Of a stretch of 64,000 nt of DNA, positions 1 to 11,700 are shown piece after piece. Position numbers and translations under genes: made by a program. The first letter of the stretch is position 1, and every line of letters begins with the position of its first letter. Source of the DNA: a virus; IMG/VR virus record IMGVR_UViG_3300043425_000861. One strand, written 5' to 3'. Below the pieces are notes generated by a model. That model was not told the DNA's origin and did not search any database. It worked only from the letters and a program-made list of their open reading frames with translations.

Positions 1-1619
1 GCAAAATAAATTGTTTCAAAGATTTCTGTTTGTAATTTATCCGCTTCCTCACTTTCAAAAGGAATACTCAATAAACAAAATACATCAGCCAATCCCTGAA
101 CCCCCAAACCAACAGGACGATGTTTGAAATTTGAACGTTTTGTTTCTTCGGTTGGGTAAAAATTTAAATCGATTACGTTGTTCAAGTTCTTTACAACTTG
201 GTAGGTATATTCATATAACAGTTCGTGATTAAACTCACCATTGATAATATACTTAGGTAATGCGATTGACGCCAAATTACAAACCGCTTGTTCTGTTGGA
301 GAGGAGTACTCAAGTATTTCGGTACATAAGTTTGATGACTTAATTGTACCTAAGTTCTTTTGATTTGATTTATAGTTTGCCGGGTCCTTATATAACATAT
401 AAGGTGTACCTGTTTCAATTTGTGCAGTTAAAATAGCGTCCATTAACTTTCTCGCCTTAACTACCTTTCTTGCTTTTCCTTCTTGTTCGTATTGTTCATA
501 TAAACGAGTAAATGCTTTGTCTTCAGGACTATCGTACGCGTCTGATAAACCCGGTGCTTCGTCAGGAGAAAATAGTGACCAATCACCATCACTCTCAACA
601 CGTTGCATAAATAAATCAGGTGTCCACATCGCTAAGAATAAATCTCTAGCTCTCATTTCTTCCTTACCGTGATTCTTTCTTAAATCAATAAAATCGAAAA
701 CATCAGAATGCCAAGGTTCCAAATATATCGCAAATGAACCTTTACGTTTACCTCCTTGGTTAATCCAACGAGCAACTTCGTTGTATGTTTTCATCATTGG
801 TATTAAACCATCAGATTCTCCACCAGTTCCCTTAATGTAAGAACCTTTAGCACGAACATCGTGTACGTGTAATCCAATACCACCAGCCCACTTAGAAATC
901 TTTGCAACGTCTTTGATGGTGTCAAACAATCCATCAATATCATCGCCTTTATTACCAATTAAGAAACAAGAAGACATTTGTGGTCTACGTGTTCCCGCAT
1001 TAAATAATGTAGGTGTTGCGTGAGTATAGAAGTGTTGTGACAAGTCATCATAAATTCTTAACGCCATTTGTACATCACCTTTACAAATACCAACAGCAAC
1101 TCTCATATACATATACTGAGGTCTTTCTACAATTCTGTCACCAATTTTCAACAAGTACGAACGTTCTAAAGTTTTGAATCCGAAATAATCGAAATCCAAA
1201 TCTCTATCCATATTAACCGCCCCATCAATAACTTCTCTATTTTCCATCACAAAACTATAAACATCGTCAGAAATCAATGTTGACTCTTTTCCTGTCTTAG
1301 GTTCAATAAAGGAATATAATTCTTTAATACATTGTGAAAACTTCCTTGGTGTTGATTTGTGTAAATTAGATACCGCAATTCTACCCGCTAACTTAGCGTA
1401 ATCAGGATGAGTTGTGGTCATCTGTGCTGCGGTTTCTGCCGCTAATCTATCCAATTCGATTGTTGATATTCCGTCATAAATTCCTTGAGTTACTTTCAAA
1501 GTAATATATGTAGGGTCAACATATTCCATATTTAAATCGTGACATAATGCACTAATACGTTTAGTGATTTTGTCATATCTCATTTCTTCTAATTCACCGT
1601 TCCTCTTTTTAACTTTCAT
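1..1619 (-). CDS. nrdA: Ribonucleotide reductase class Ia alpha subunit (3' end outside window)
   Basis: Not in the ORF track. My translation from the ATG at 1619 gives MKVKKRNGELEEMRYDKITKRI (ATP cone), then ATPTLFNAG, QMSSCFL, SNLCTEI, VCNLASI and RPVGLGVQGLAD. It lies next to nrdB. Confidence 0.97.
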   Translation of the reverse strand, partial: MKVKKRNGELEEMRYDKITKRISALCHDLNMEYVDPTYITLKVTQGIYDGISTIELDRLAAETAAQMTTTHPDYAKLAGRIAVSNLHKSTPRKFSQCIKELYSFIEPKTGKESTLISDDVYSFVMENREVIDGAVNMDRDLDFDYFGFKTLERSYLLKIGDRIVERPQYMYMRVAVGICKGDVQMALRIYDDLSQHFYTHATPTLFNAGTRRPQMSSCFLIGNKGDDIDGLFDTIKDVAKISKWAGGIGLHVHDVRAKGSYIKGTGGESDGLIPMMKTYNEVARWINQGGKRKGSFAIYLEPWHSDVFDFIDLRKNHGKEEMRARDLFLAMWTPDLFMQRVESDGDWSLFSPDEAPGLSDAYDSPEDKAFTRLYEQYEQEGKARKVVKARKLMDAILTAQIETGTPYMLYKDPANYKSNQKNLGTIKSSNLCTEILEYSSPTEQAVCNLASIALPKYIINGEFNHELLYEYTYQVVKNLNNVIDLNFYPTEETKRSNFKHRPVGLGVQGLADVFCLLSIPFESEEADKLQTEIFETIYF

Positions 1620-1640
1620 TTTATATAAAAACTTTTAATT

Positions 1641-2615
1641 TTAAAAATCCATATCAGAAAACGCACTATCAAGTTCTTCGTCTGATTTATTATGTACTCC
1701 CGCTTTTTGATATTCAGCAACTCTTTTCTCAAAGAAATTTGTTTTACCTTGGATTGCAATGTTCTCCATAAAATCAAAAGGATTTGTGGTATTGTAAACC
1801 TTAGAACATCCTAAAGCGACTAACAATCTATCCGTTACGAACTCAAGGTATTGAGCCATCAAATCAGAATTCATACCAATTAAACGAACCGGTAATGCTT
1901 CAAGGATAAATTCTTTTTCAATTTCTAACGCCCCACAGATAATATCTTTAATCTTCTTTTCAGATAATTTATTTTCAATGTGGTTATTGTAAAGATGACA
2001 AGCATAATCACAGTGCATACCCTCATCACGAGAAATTAATTCGTTTGAAAAGGTAAGACCTGGCATTAAACCTCTCTTCTTTAACCAAAATAATGAACAG
2101 AATGAACCTGAGAAGAAAATACCTTCAACAGCGGCAAACGCAATTAATCTTTCAACGAATGTACCGTTGTCGATATAATTCATCGCCCACTTTGCTTTCT
2201 TTTGAATAGCAGGAACGGTTTCAATTGCGTTAAACAATTTATTCTGTTCTTCTTTGTCTTTAATGTATGTGTCAATCAACAATGAATACGTTTCACTATG
2301 AATGTTTTCCATCATAATTTGGAAACCATAAAAGAATTTCGCCTCAGTGTATTGAACAGAATTAACAAAATTCATTGCAATGTTTTCATTAACAATTCCA
2401 TCAGACGCGGCAAAAAATGCTAGTACGTGTTTGATGAAGTGTTGTTCATCATTGTTCAATTTATTTTCCCAATCTGAGATATCCTGTGATAAGTCAATTT
2501 CTTCAGCGGTCCAAAAACACGCTTCTTGTTGTTTATAAAGTTTCCATAAATCGTGGTGTTCGATTGGAAAAAGGACAAATCGTCCAGGATTTTCTTGCAA
2601 AATCTTTTCAGTCAT
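1641..2615 (-). CDS. nrdB: Ribonucleotide reductase class Ia beta subunit
   Basis: [41 protein letters not shown] and [10 protein letters not shown] motifs. Confidence 0.98.
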   Translation of the reverse strand: MTEKILQENPGRFVLFPIEHHDLWKLYKQQEACFWTAEEIDLSQDISDWENKLNNDEQHFIKHVLAFFAASDGIVNENIAMNFVNSVQYTEAKFFYGFQIMMENIHSETYSLLIDTYIKDKEEQNKLFNAIETVPAIQKKAKWAMNYIDNGTFVERLIAFAAVEGIFFSGSFCSLFWLKKRGLMPGLTFSNELISRDEGMHCDYACHLYNNHIENKLSEKKIKDIICGALEIEKEFILEALPVRLIGMNSDLMAQYLEFVTDRLLVALGCSKVYNTTNPFDFMENIAIQGKTNFFEKRVAEYQKAGVHNKSDEELDSAFSDMDF

Positions 2616-2633
2616 CGTTTTAGTTTTTTTTAA

Positions 2634-4019
2634 TTAATTAATTAATATTTGTTTTTTTTCTTGGTTTTTCTTGTACACCTCCGCAGCTCTGTTAGCTCTC
2701 TCCTGTGTTTTTTGTTCTTCGAATCCAAGTAGGGTGTTTTGGCTATCTGTATCAATGATTAACATTTCATTATTAAATGTACAGTTTTGGAATATAACAC
2801 CATCTCTACCAATACGTGATTTCAATAATGTCATAGTTGCTAAGTTGTGTTCTTTCTGTTCCATTGTTTTACCAACTGACATTACTACGTGTCCGATTTG
2901 TGCCTTTTTAATTGAGCCACCCATTTGGTCTGTTGTAACAACCTCCGAAGCAATTGATTCACGATTACCTTGTGTCGCTGTCCAAATAGCAATATTGAAT
3001 TCAGATGTCATAGCCTCTAAACTTCTCATAATAGACCCTTCACCTTTCCACTCTTCACCAAAGGTAGACCTTTCTGGTGATATACAATCAACATAGTCAA
3101 TTAATAATACATCAACAACAAATCCCTCAGAATGTAATTTTCTAATTTTAGATTTGATTTCAGAAATTGTAACTGAATCACTCGGCATCTTCAAAAGTTT
3201 TAACTTACCTTTTGAATTAGCTTCCATTTCTTTAACCTTCTCAATTACTTCTTCTTTTCTTTCAATTTGGTCGTCAGGTGCTATCCCACTCCAAATTGTG
3301 TAGTGCTTTCTTAGAATGTTAGTAACATTATCTTCAAAAAATATTTGAAGTACGTTTTTACCAGCCGCGTGTGCACTATTAGCAATTTTAGTTAGTAACG
3401 TAGTTTTACCCGTTCCTGTAGGTGCTAATACCACACCTAATTCACCAATACCAAGTCCACCTTTTAAAAGATTATCAATACCTATAATTCCTAACGGAAC
3501 CGGAACTCTTGAGTCTTTTTCTAAAGCTGCCGATGGGTTTTCAAATACGTCTCTGATGTCGTCTGATGTTGCACCTACTTGTAACGCCTTTTGAATTATC
3601 TGTTCAATCTTTCTATACTCTTCAAAATCACCGTTTTCGATAATCTTTTCAACAGTCTTAAGTTCTTTCTTTAATACCTGTTGTTTACAAAAATTCATTG
3701 CGGTATCCATAATCCAAGACTCATTTGTTAATTCGTGCTCTTGGATACCCTTCAATGTGTCCATATGGATTGAGGATGTGGTGTCTTTGTTATTCTCAAC
3801 TAAAATTTTCTGAGCTAACGTTTCATAAGACGGCATCTCACCATATAGACCATACAATTCTTTAATATTTTCAATAATATATCTGAAATATGGACCATCA
3901 AAGTACTTACTTTCAATTACATCAACAATAGTGACTGCAAATTTTTTGTTTTCAATTATTACCTTAATTAAGGATTTTTGGAAATTCTGTCCAAGTTGAC
4001 CAAAGTTTTTTTCACTCAT
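2634..4019 (-). CDS. dnaB: Replicative DnaB/T4 gp41-like helicase
   Basis: Walker A APTGTGKT, IDYVD, WTATQGNR and KSRIG motifs. Confidence 0.93.
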   Translation of the reverse strand: MSEKNFGQLGQNFQKSLIKVIIENKKFAVTIVDVIESKYFDGPYFRYIIENIKELYGLYGEMPSYETLAQKILVENNKDTTSSIHMDTLKGIQEHELTNESWIMDTAMNFCKQQVLKKELKTVEKIIENGDFEEYRKIEQIIQKALQVGATSDDIRDVFENPSAALEKDSRVPVPLGIIGIDNLLKGGLGIGELGVVLAPTGTGKTTLLTKIANSAHAAGKNVLQIFFEDNVTNILRKHYTIWSGIAPDDQIERKEEVIEKVKEMEANSKGKLKLLKMPSDSVTISEIKSKIRKLHSEGFVVDVLLIDYVDCISPERSTFGEEWKGEGSIMRSLEAMTSEFNIAIWTATQGNRESIASEVVTTDQMGGSIKKAQIGHVVMSVGKTMEQKEHNLATMTLLKSRIGRDGVIFQNCTFNNEMLIIDTDSQNTLLGFEEQKTQERANRAAEVYKKNQEKKQILIN

Positions 4020-4051
4020 TAGATGTATATGTTTATATATTAAAAATATTA

Positions 4052-4495
4052 TTAAAGTTCATAACCCAAATAGGTAGTTTCAAGTTCGTAGTCTGACAAA
4101 ACATCAGTTAAGTCTGACAAAATTTTCCTAACTTTAGGTCTAACATCAACCGCGTATCTTGCCTTTGGGTGGTAGACGTGTGCGGGAAATATTCTTGAAA
4201 TAAATACATCGTCATTTAACTTAACTTCCAATAAAAAGTACTCTTCTTTTTGTGGTTCGTTCTCTTCCACATTCTCGTTAGACAAGAAATAATTTTGATT
4301 TTCACACATATAGTCGGAACTTTTTATTTTCAAATCTTCAGCAATTTCGTCACAAATATTTTTTACTGTGTAGTGTAAATCTAGTGACCTTCTAGCTTGT
4401 GGATTATACCCCTTTACGTTAAAGAATCTTTGAATAATGAAATTACCTTCAAGGGTTAAAAGGAATTCAAATTTTGTTACGTCTTGATTGTTCAT
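4052..4495 (-). CDS. Hypothetical protein in the replication operon
   Basis: 147-aa ORF, co-oriented and tightly packed between the exonuclease and helicase genes. Confidence 0.75.
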   Translation of the reverse strand: MNNQDVTKFEFLLTLEGNFIIQRFFNVKGYNPQARRSLDLHYTVKNICDEIAEDLKIKSSDYMCENQNYFLSNENVEENEPQKEEYFLLEVKLNDDVFISRIFPAHVYHPKARYAVDVRPKVRKILSDLTDVLSDYELETTYLGYEL

Positions 4496-4496
4496 T

Positions 4497-5513
4497 TTAC
4501 TTTTTTTTTAATTTAAAAATGTGTTTATTTTTTTCTTTTCTGGTTAATCTTAGGAATGGATTTAAGAATACTATCCATTTATCATCTGATTTAGGTAATA
4601 AGAGGAATATCCCATCCTCCATCATCATTTTCATTGTGTTTTTATATGACCTCCCCTCGGTGTCCAAATTTTCATTTATTAATAGGGTAATTTGTGATTT
4701 AGCCTCGTCATCTAAAAATGGGATGTCTAAATTCACTATTCTATCATTGATGTCAAAAAATTCTTCACCGAACACACCATATTTGGTAACGCCGGTTAAT
4801 AGGTTTCTAACCAACCAATTATTTTTATCTTGTTCAAATAATAGGTTACCTTTTTCTTTAATTTCTGAAAGTGTGAGAGGTGTATTTTTTATCTCAGGAA
4901 AAAGAGATATGAGTCTTTTAATCCCCATATTCTTTATCCCTGAAATATTGTCTGAAGGGTCACCACATAAGATTTTAATTAATTTTACATTTTCAATTAA
5001 AATTGTTTCGTGGTCGTATTCAATTGTATCCTTCGGTTTATATAATTTACCGTGTGAAGGATTAAATAATTGAGTATGTTCATTAACAAGTTGTGCTAAA
5101 TCTCTATCTGAAGAATAAATAATCTTTTTTTCATTAGGGGAGTTTTGAACATAGTACGCAATACAATCGTCGGTTTCACAATTTTTGTATTCACCTTGTC
5201 TAACATAAAGTTCTTCAAGGTATTGTTTTATTCTTGTTCTTTGATAATTGTAATTATCAACCTCCTCTTCAGTTCTTAATCTACTTCGTCTATTCTCTTT
5301 GTATTGGTGATATATTTGTTTTCTTAGGATTGCGGAATCTTCTCCATCCCAAAACACTACAATTTTATCTAATTGATATATCTCAAACGCTCTTCTAAGA
5401 GTATTGATAAAATGATAAATTCCTCCAATATGTTTGCCCTTATAGTAATGGTTTTTGAGACCATAGAAACCAATCGTAAGTAAATTGTCTCCATCAACAA
5501 GTAGAACGGACAT
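4497..5513 (-). CDS. 5'-3' exonuclease / flap endonuclease (T4 RNase H, PolI N-terminal-like)
   Basis: LLVDGDN, VFWDG, YKENR, ETDDCIA, SSDRDLAQL and GDPSDNISGI motifs. Confidence 0.93.
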   Translation of the reverse strand: MSVLLVDGDNLLTIGFYGLKNHYYKGKHIGGIYHFINTLRRAFEIYQLDKIVVFWDGEDSAILRKQIYHQYKENRRSRLRTEEEVDNYNYQRTRIKQYLEELYVRQGEYKNCETDDCIAYYVQNSPNEKKIIYSSDRDLAQLVNEHTQLFNPSHGKLYKPKDTIEYDHETILIENVKLIKILCGDPSDNISGIKNMGIKRLISLFPEIKNTPLTLSEIKEKGNLLFEQDKNNWLVRNLLTGVTKYGVFGEEFFDINDRIVNLDIPFLDDEAKSQITLLINENLDTEGRSYKNTMKMMMEDGIFLLLPKSDDKWIVFLNPFLRLTRKEKNKHIFKLKKK

Positions 5514-5531
5514 TTAAATTTTTATTATAGA

Positions 5532-6506
5532 TTACTCTTCTTCTGTTACAACTTCTGCATCTGCAAGGTCAGTAACGTTAACCTTCAATTGTGTACTAAT
5601 GTAATCGCTGTTATCACGTTTGTACTCTTCTATAGAACGTTTCTCTTCAGTGTCGTCCTTACCGTGCATAAATCCTTGTGGAGTTACCAAGATACGTCCG
5701 TCTTCATATCCACCACCATTGATGTGGTTCTTACTGATTGAGATTTTAGTACGTGTTGCGATTCTGATTTTTCTCTTATCTTTAGTGATTGAGATTTTAG
5801 TAGTACCTGCACCTTTTTGGTTACCAAATAAAAATACTAATGATGAGTTTAACCAAATAGCTTCACCACCTTTAGCTTTGATTTTTGGTTGTCCAAAAGG
5901 ATTATCAGGTAACTCTACCCAAGGTTGGTTAACGATAACCAATGTACTTGTGTAAGGTTTGTCTGCTCTTCTTGAACCTGATATTCTTTGGTTGATTCCC
6001 ATACCAATCTTATCAGCTAAAACTGATGCATTGTGTTGTTTACCACCTTTACCATCGAAAGTCATTTTACAAGGAACTGAACCAACTGAATCCCAAAGGA
6101 ATAATAAGTCGTGAGGGATGTCACCCTTTTGTTGTGCATCTAATAATTCATTGATATAATCTGTGATTTGTTCAATGTATTCAAAGTCACTATTGAAAAG
6201 GTAATCACCTTCTTTATCGAATCCCATTAACTCCGCGTGTTCCCAACTCCATTTTTGTTCTGTGATGATGAACACAGGAATAATTCCTTTCTTTTGAGCA
6301 TCAACCGCAGTCTTTACTAATGCAGTTGTTTTACCTGTATCACTATGTCCTAATAACATATTGATGTGACCCATTACAGGACCTGGTAAACCTGTGGCTT
6401 CCAAGAAGGCATCACCCAAATCGAAGAAACGGTCTGGTTTGTATTCGGCTTCTTTCGAGAATTTCTTCTTGATTGCCGAAAAATCTGTTTTTTTAATACC
6501 TGCCAT
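5532..6506 (-). CDS. uvsX: UvsX/RecA-like recombinase
   Basis: Walker A GHSDTGKT, FIITE, WDSVGS, VNQ, KGGEA and KNHI motifs. Confidence 0.9.
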   Translation of the reverse strand: MAGIKKTDFSAIKKKFSKEAEYKPDRFFDLGDAFLEATGLPGPVMGHINMLLGHSDTGKTTALVKTAVDAQKKGIIPVFIITEQKWSWEHAELMGFDKEGDYLFNSDFEYIEQITDYINELLDAQQKGDIPHDLLFLWDSVGSVPCKMTFDGKGGKQHNASVLADKIGMGINQRISGSRRADKPYTSTLVIVNQPWVELPDNPFGQPKIKAKGGEAIWLNSSLVFLFGNQKGAGTTKISITKDKRKIRIATRTKISISKNHINGGGYEDGRILVTPQGFMHGKDDTEEKRSIEEYKRDNSDYISTQLKVNVTDLADAEVVTEEE

Positions 6507-6524
6507 TGTTTTGTTTTTAAAAAT

Positions 6525-6546
6525 GGGGTGGATATTTCACCACCCC
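6525..6546 (-). terminator. Stem-loop after the ssb gene
   Basis: GGGGTGG-N8-CCACCCC, followed by a T run on the minus strand. Confidence 0.6.
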
Positions 6547-6555
6547 TTAAATTAT

Positions 6556-7416
6556 TTAGAACGGTAAATCATCGTTTGATTCTTCCTCATCTTGTGGGTC
6601 AGTATAAGTTACTGACGGGGTAGATGGTGTAGACGGAGCAGATGCTCCGATTGTTGCTTCACCTGTTGAGTTTGAAACGAATTTCTTAGCCTCACTATCC
6701 CAACGTGGAACTTCACCTCTTGCCACCATTTCAAGATAATCTTCACCCTTCTTAGAATAAACATCTGCCCAAGTTAACTCATCGCTCATCCATTGTTGTG
6801 CAATTGATGAATCGGTATGTAGTGGAGATGGGTCATCAGGAATTACTGAACTGATTGTGGTATATTCTTTACCATTACCCGCTTTAGTTAGTGATAAGGT
6901 AAGAATTAAGTCACGTCCCGTTTCAGGATTTGTAACATCACCTTTAGTTCTGAAAATTGGGTGGATTTTATCCAATACCCCATCAGCCTTTGTGTTATGT
7001 TTAAATCTCCAAAATTTTGGTCCGTCTTGTTCGTTATCGCGGTCGATAACTTTAACGATGTAGAATCCACGAGAACGGTAGCTTCTAGCCAAGTCTCTGT
7101 CTTCTTGTACACCTGTCATCATTAAACTTTCATAAACTTCATTTAATGGTGAACGTTTACCCTCTTGTGCTGGGTCATATAATTTAGTCCATTGTCCATC
7201 AACCTGAATTTCGTGAAATTTAACAGGTACGAATGGAGTTCCACCATCTGCAGGTGGTAAAATACGAATACGTTTTTCCACACTTCTCACACCTTTTGGT
7301 AGGATTGTTGTGAAATACTTCTTCATTCTATCCTCTTGGGATACTTTGTTTGCACTGCCGCTTGCGGCGTTTTTGGTCTTCTCATACTGAGCAAGTACCG
7401 AATCTAATACTGACAT
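6556..7416 (-). CDS. T4 gp32-like single-stranded DNA-binding protein
   Basis: IRILP, FHEI, YIVKVIDRD and GRDL motifs; acidic tail ending DDLPF. Confidence 0.9.
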   Translation of the reverse strand: MSVLDSVLAQYEKTKNAASGSANKVSQEDRMKKYFTTILPKGVRSVEKRIRILPPADGGTPFVPVKFHEIQVDGQWTKLYDPAQEGKRSPLNEVYESLMMTGVQEDRDLARSYRSRGFYIVKVIDRDNEQDGPKFWRFKHNTKADGVLDKIHPIFRTKGDVTNPETGRDLILTLSLTKAGNGKEYTTISSVIPDDPSPLHTDSSIAQQWMSDELTWADVYSKKGEDYLEMVARGEVPRWDSEAKKFVSNSTGEATIGASAPSTPSTPSVTYTDPQDEEESNDDLPF

Positions 7417-7457
7417 AATAATTGGGTTTTAAATTAAATAATAATTTATCTATACCT

Positions 7458-7489
7458 AAAGTATAAACAAAAAAAGCCGGATTGTCAAA
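7458..7489 (-). promoter_or_regulatory. Bacteroidota sigmaA-like promoter for the ssb-uvsX-exo-helicase-nrd operon
   Basis: TTTG-N20-TATACTTT on the minus strand (-33/-7 layout). Confidence 0.5.
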
Positions 7490-7497
7490 CCCGGCTT
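7474..7497 (-). terminator. Intrinsic terminator after the Dps-like gene
   Basis: AAGCCGG-N10-CCGGCTT with a poly-T tail on the minus strand. Confidence 0.7.
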
Positions 7498-7516
7498 CAA
7501 AAATTTTAAGGAATTT

Positions 7517-7891
7517 TTATTCCAACGTTAAGAGATATGATAATTTGTTTACGTCTGCTAAAATCTCGTCTTTAATGTTTAACAAATCTGTATCTTTTTC
7601 TTGTGACAAACCATTTGCAATTCCAATGATGTTAGATTTTAAAGTTTTTAAAAATGCAGTTAAATCTAATTCTGATAAATTTTGTAAATTAAGTGTTCTT
7701 TCGTTTTCACCTAACGTGAATCTACCATATTTTCCCATTGCAACTTCAACAAATGTATCAATATTTTCATCCATAGATGAATATATTTCACCAAATGCAA
7801 TATGTCTAGAATATCCTTTGGTTTGCCAATGTAATATTTTAAATTGTATCTGTGCTTCTAATAAAAATTGAACGTTAGTACTGAGGTTCAT
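7517..7891 (-). CDS. Dps/ferritin-like protein (DUF5856-like)
   Basis: LHWQT..Y..HIAF...Y......IDTFVE and a C-terminal NKLSYLLTL. Confidence 0.8.
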   Translation of the reverse strand: MNLSTNVQFLLEAQIQFKILHWQTKGYSRHIAFGEIYSSMDENIDTFVEVAMGKYGRFTLGENERTLNLQNLSELDLTAFLKTLKSNIIGIANGLSQEKDTDLLNIKDEILADVNKLSYLLTLE

Positions 7892-8555
7892 TTTCGTCTT
7901 GGTCTGGGTTGAATGATTTCATTATTTGTTCTTTTCCGTAACTTTCAACTTCATCCTTAGTTAAAACATACTCATTTTTACCAGTTTGTCTCATTTCTTC
8001 TTGTTTTTGACTGAAGAAGTCTTGTGGGTGTTGATTAAATGGATATGAATCTAATGAACGCATTTCCAATTTCTCCTGTGGAGTTTTTGGTTTAACTTGT
8101 TCAATTCTACTACCTAACTCATCAATCTTAGCCATCACAGAATCCATTTGAGCCAACTTTTGTTCTAAATCAGATAACTTACTGAATACACCATCCATTT
8201 TTTGGATAACGTCATTATTATTATCTTTTGTAGTATCTAATTGGTTTTTGATATTTTTAGTCATATTAACTAAATCAGTAATATCAATCTCTTCAGTACC
8301 TCCCGTAGCGTCCGCCGCAGGTGCTCCTTCAACAGGAGGTGCTGCAGCATCTACAGGTGCTCCCTCCGCTGGTGGAGCCGCTAATGGGTCGGCCGGTGCT
8401 CCTTCAACAGGAGGTGCGGCTGCCAATGGGTCAGCAGGTGGAATTGCAGGAACTGCAGCATCTGCACCCATATCTTGTTCCAAAATCATTGTTTGTGTGT
8501 ATTTGTTAATCGCTTTGTGACGATTTAACTCTTCCATTAATTTTTGCTCTAACAT
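7875..8555 (-). CDS. Pro/Ala-rich coiled-coil protein, possible head core or internal protein
   Basis: Likely start is MLEQK at 8555 rather than 8618, which overlaps the upstream gene. It has PPVEGAPAD repeats and a coiled coil. Confidence 0.7.
   Translation of the reverse strand: MLEQKLMEELNRHKAINKYTQTMILEQDMGADAAVPAIPPADPLAAAPPVEGAPADPLAAPPAEGAPVDAAAPPVEGAPAADATGGTEEIDITDLVNMTKNIKNQLDTTKDNNNDVIQKMDGVFSKLSDLEQKLAQMDSVMAKIDELGSRIEQVKPKTPQEKLEMRSLDSYPFNQHPQDFFSQKQEEMRQTGKNEYVLTKDEVESYGKEQIMKSFNPDQDENEPQY
8320..8417. repeat. 23-bp exact direct repeat inside the Pro/Ala-rich coding tract
   Basis: ggtgctccttcaacaggaggtgc at 8320-8342 and 8395-8417. Confidence 0.85.
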
Positions 8556-8559
8556 AGTA

Positions 8560-8763
8560 TTAGTCTTGTAATAATTGTCTACCGTCTTCGGTAATATATT
8601 TTTTATTGATTCTTTCAACGATTCCGTCTTTTGACCTTATGATGTAGCACTCACCAGTAACTAAATCACACTCTTCTCTTTCCATTCCGTCTTGGGATAC
8701 ACCCTTAACAGATTTAGGATTTAAGAATTGGTCCACCGAGTTTTTTATTTTTGAATTTTCCAT
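8560..8763 (-). CDS. Small hypothetical late protein
   Basis: 67-aa ORF with CDLVTGEC, preceded by TATTTATA. Confidence 0.75.
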   Translation of the reverse strand: MENSKIKNSVDQFLNPKSVKGVSQDGMEREECDLVTGECYIIRSKDGIVERINKKYITEDGRQLLQD

Positions 8764-8798
8764 ATCTTTTTATATAAATATCAAGAAATTTTTAAATT

Positions 8799-11700
8799 TT
8801 ATTTTATTAATCGGAAATAAACAACATCCCCTTCAAATAATCCGAGTTCGTCCATTAATGCTTTAGACATTCCTATACCATATGGTATTCCTGCTGCTGG
8901 TCCTGTATTAACCGGACCAATAAATCTTCTTGTAGTGTAATCGTAACTATAACCTAATGTAACCTTTTTGTTGACTTTAGGGTCAGGATTAAAGAATTCA
9001 GTTTTTGGACTACCTTCTAAGATATTGTTAGGGGTTACTGTGTTGTCAAATAAGAATTTAGTTGAGTAGAATTTATCTTTATCTGAATTAGGACTAAGTT
9101 CTGACCACTTAACAACACTACTTGTTTTAGTATTTCCCGACATAAATTCATATCTACTCACAAATCCCATATCTATGTCGTTATTAATAGGATAGTTTTT
9201 ACCTCCCATTATTGTAACGTTAGCTCTTAACCACTCTTCATCGTTAAATCTAACTAATTGAACATATTTCTCATTTTTAAATCCGTTGTATGATATACCA
9301 TAAGGTGTTGACGCTGCATTCTCGATAATTTTCTCACCACTGATAGTTTTTGTACCTGGGTCATAAACATAAGTGTTACCCTTATTATCCTGTACTACCT
9401 TTTCGTTATTTGTTTTATTTGCAAGTTTTTGATTTTCATCCTTAACTTTTGCAACCGCTTTGGATACCATTTTATCAAACAACGCACGATAACTTGCCAT
9501 AAATGAATCTTTAGGGTCAGGTAATGACGTAATTGGTATTCTTGTTCCTTTAAATGTTGTTTGGATGTTATTGTTTGAAATACTATGGTTCACTTCCTGA
9601 ATCCAATAGGTTCCTCTAAACAATGGTATATTCTTAAGATAAAAATACATCGTTGGTTGTATCATAACATTACCCATCATAGTAACATCACAAGTATATG
9701 ATTGTGACCTGTAAATGTCAAATAATCCAATATCTACTTGTGCAGTACTTGAACCTGTTTCACTAGCACCTAATCTTTCCAACACCGCAAATGACTCTGA
9801 AGTGTTTTTAACCGATGATTGATTTAATTCAAGACCTTTAAAAATACTTTGATTTTGGTCACCGAAACTAACCTCAAACGCAACCGCTTTATTAGATTTA
9901 AAGAAATCTATAGTATTAAACACTTCAGGTGCTATCAACACGGGGTTGTTGTTTGGTTGTTGGATATTGAAACTATCATCCTTAAACATCATTTTTTTGT
10001 TTACTTCACTCATTTCCAAATACTTAGAGGTTGGTCCTGTGTATTGTAATATGATTTTAGGTGATGATTCTTGATAGTCGACTTCTAAGAATGTTCCGAA
10101 TATATTTTTAGCAACCGTTTTTGATGGTGTTATCTTTGATTTGTTATTATAGTTTGTTCCATAGAAATTAACGTAAGCCGGCATCGCTCTCATATCAAAT
10201 CCCGTTCTTGAGATAAGATTTGAAATTGTACCATATAGATTTTGTTTTTTAGAATTTCTTTGGTCACCAATTTCTATTAATTTTTTAATATCAATATAAA
10301 CCGAATCACCGATGTCTACATTTGCCTTATCTAAAAATAAAAACTCTTCCAATAAATTTCTTTGACCGATAGAATTACCCGCAATCCACTTATCGTTAAA
10401 TGATTTAAAGAAGTTGTATAATTCTAATTTAATTATATCGTCATTATAACCTCTGTCTATCTTTAATCTTTGTTCTACGTTATCCGCCTTTAGAGTACTG
10501 AATCTACTCGTTAATACTTTTAAGAATAACGCAAGTCTATTTGCTTGTCCCCCAACTTTAGAAAACGCATCACTATCTTTTAATATAATGTTATTTCTTA
10601 AATAGTTAACGAAAGTCGCTTTACTGATTCCATATCCCGCCTTTCTAAAACCTGCATAGATGTAAATTAGGAATCTAAATCTCTTAATATTTTCTTCGTT
10701 AAGTTCAATATTGTTATATCTGAAGAAATCTTCATAATAGTTATCCATATCTTCTCCAAGATATAGTTTTATATAATTCTGTGTTTCTGTATCGATTTGT
10801 CCTGAATCAAACGCGAGTCCTGTCGAGAATCTCTCTACGTTTGCTTGTGCAAAACCACCCAATACGTGTGCATTAATTTCTTTAGGGTTAGATAAACTTA
10901 ACTTAACCAAATTATCGTTACTCAATATATCATTGGTTATTTGATAAAGTTTTTCTCTTTGTCTCCAATACGCATTCATCATAAAATCATTCATACCGGG
11001 AGCATTGTCGATATTGTCTGTTGAATACTTTGGTATTGAAACTAATTCTTTAAGTATTTTTTTAAATGTGTTATACTTGAATTTATATTTTGACTGAGGT
11101 ACTTCTTCGTTTAATGTGTCCGATGCAAACTCAATAAACATATCTTCAAAGACATCTAATATTTCAGGTTTGAATGTTGCAATTAAATCAACAATTTTTC
11201 TATTGTTCGCTGAAATAGATGGTAACGAATTATTCTTTACCATATATTGACTTGGTGGGTTAAAAGTCTCTCCACTGTAAAGTGGTGATTGATTACCCAT
11301 ATAAATTTGGTCATAGTTTGACCAATAGGTTTTAAAATTATCTTGTTCGTTTCTACTAAATCCTGTTAGATTTGAATAGATATGTCCTGAACCTGGTAGT
11401 AATGTATATCTTTGGTCTTTTGAATCGTATTTTGAGTTATCAATCATAACACTCCAATTCCAAGCACCGTCACCACCAATTTTGTAAATTGGTTTTACAA
11501 CACCTTTATTAACCATTTCAGTATACATCGTATTACCCGTTGCTATGAATGGATTATAGAAAGTATAATCATTTACTATTTGATGAAAGATTGAATGGTA
11601 GTATGGATAAAAACCAAAGTCTTTCGGATTTACTCCTCTAATAACGTTAAAACTTGCGGTGTTTCCTGATGTACTTCCAGTGAAAGGTACCTCATATGTT

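Noticed and set aside
1-2615. Eukaryotic or giant-virus origin suggested by eukaryote-like NrdAB, SNF2 and PolB
   Set aside because: Sheath, tube, neck, gp32, gp55-like and gp23-like genes, plus bacterial promoters and terminators, indicate a tailed phage. This RNR type also occurs in Bacteroidota.
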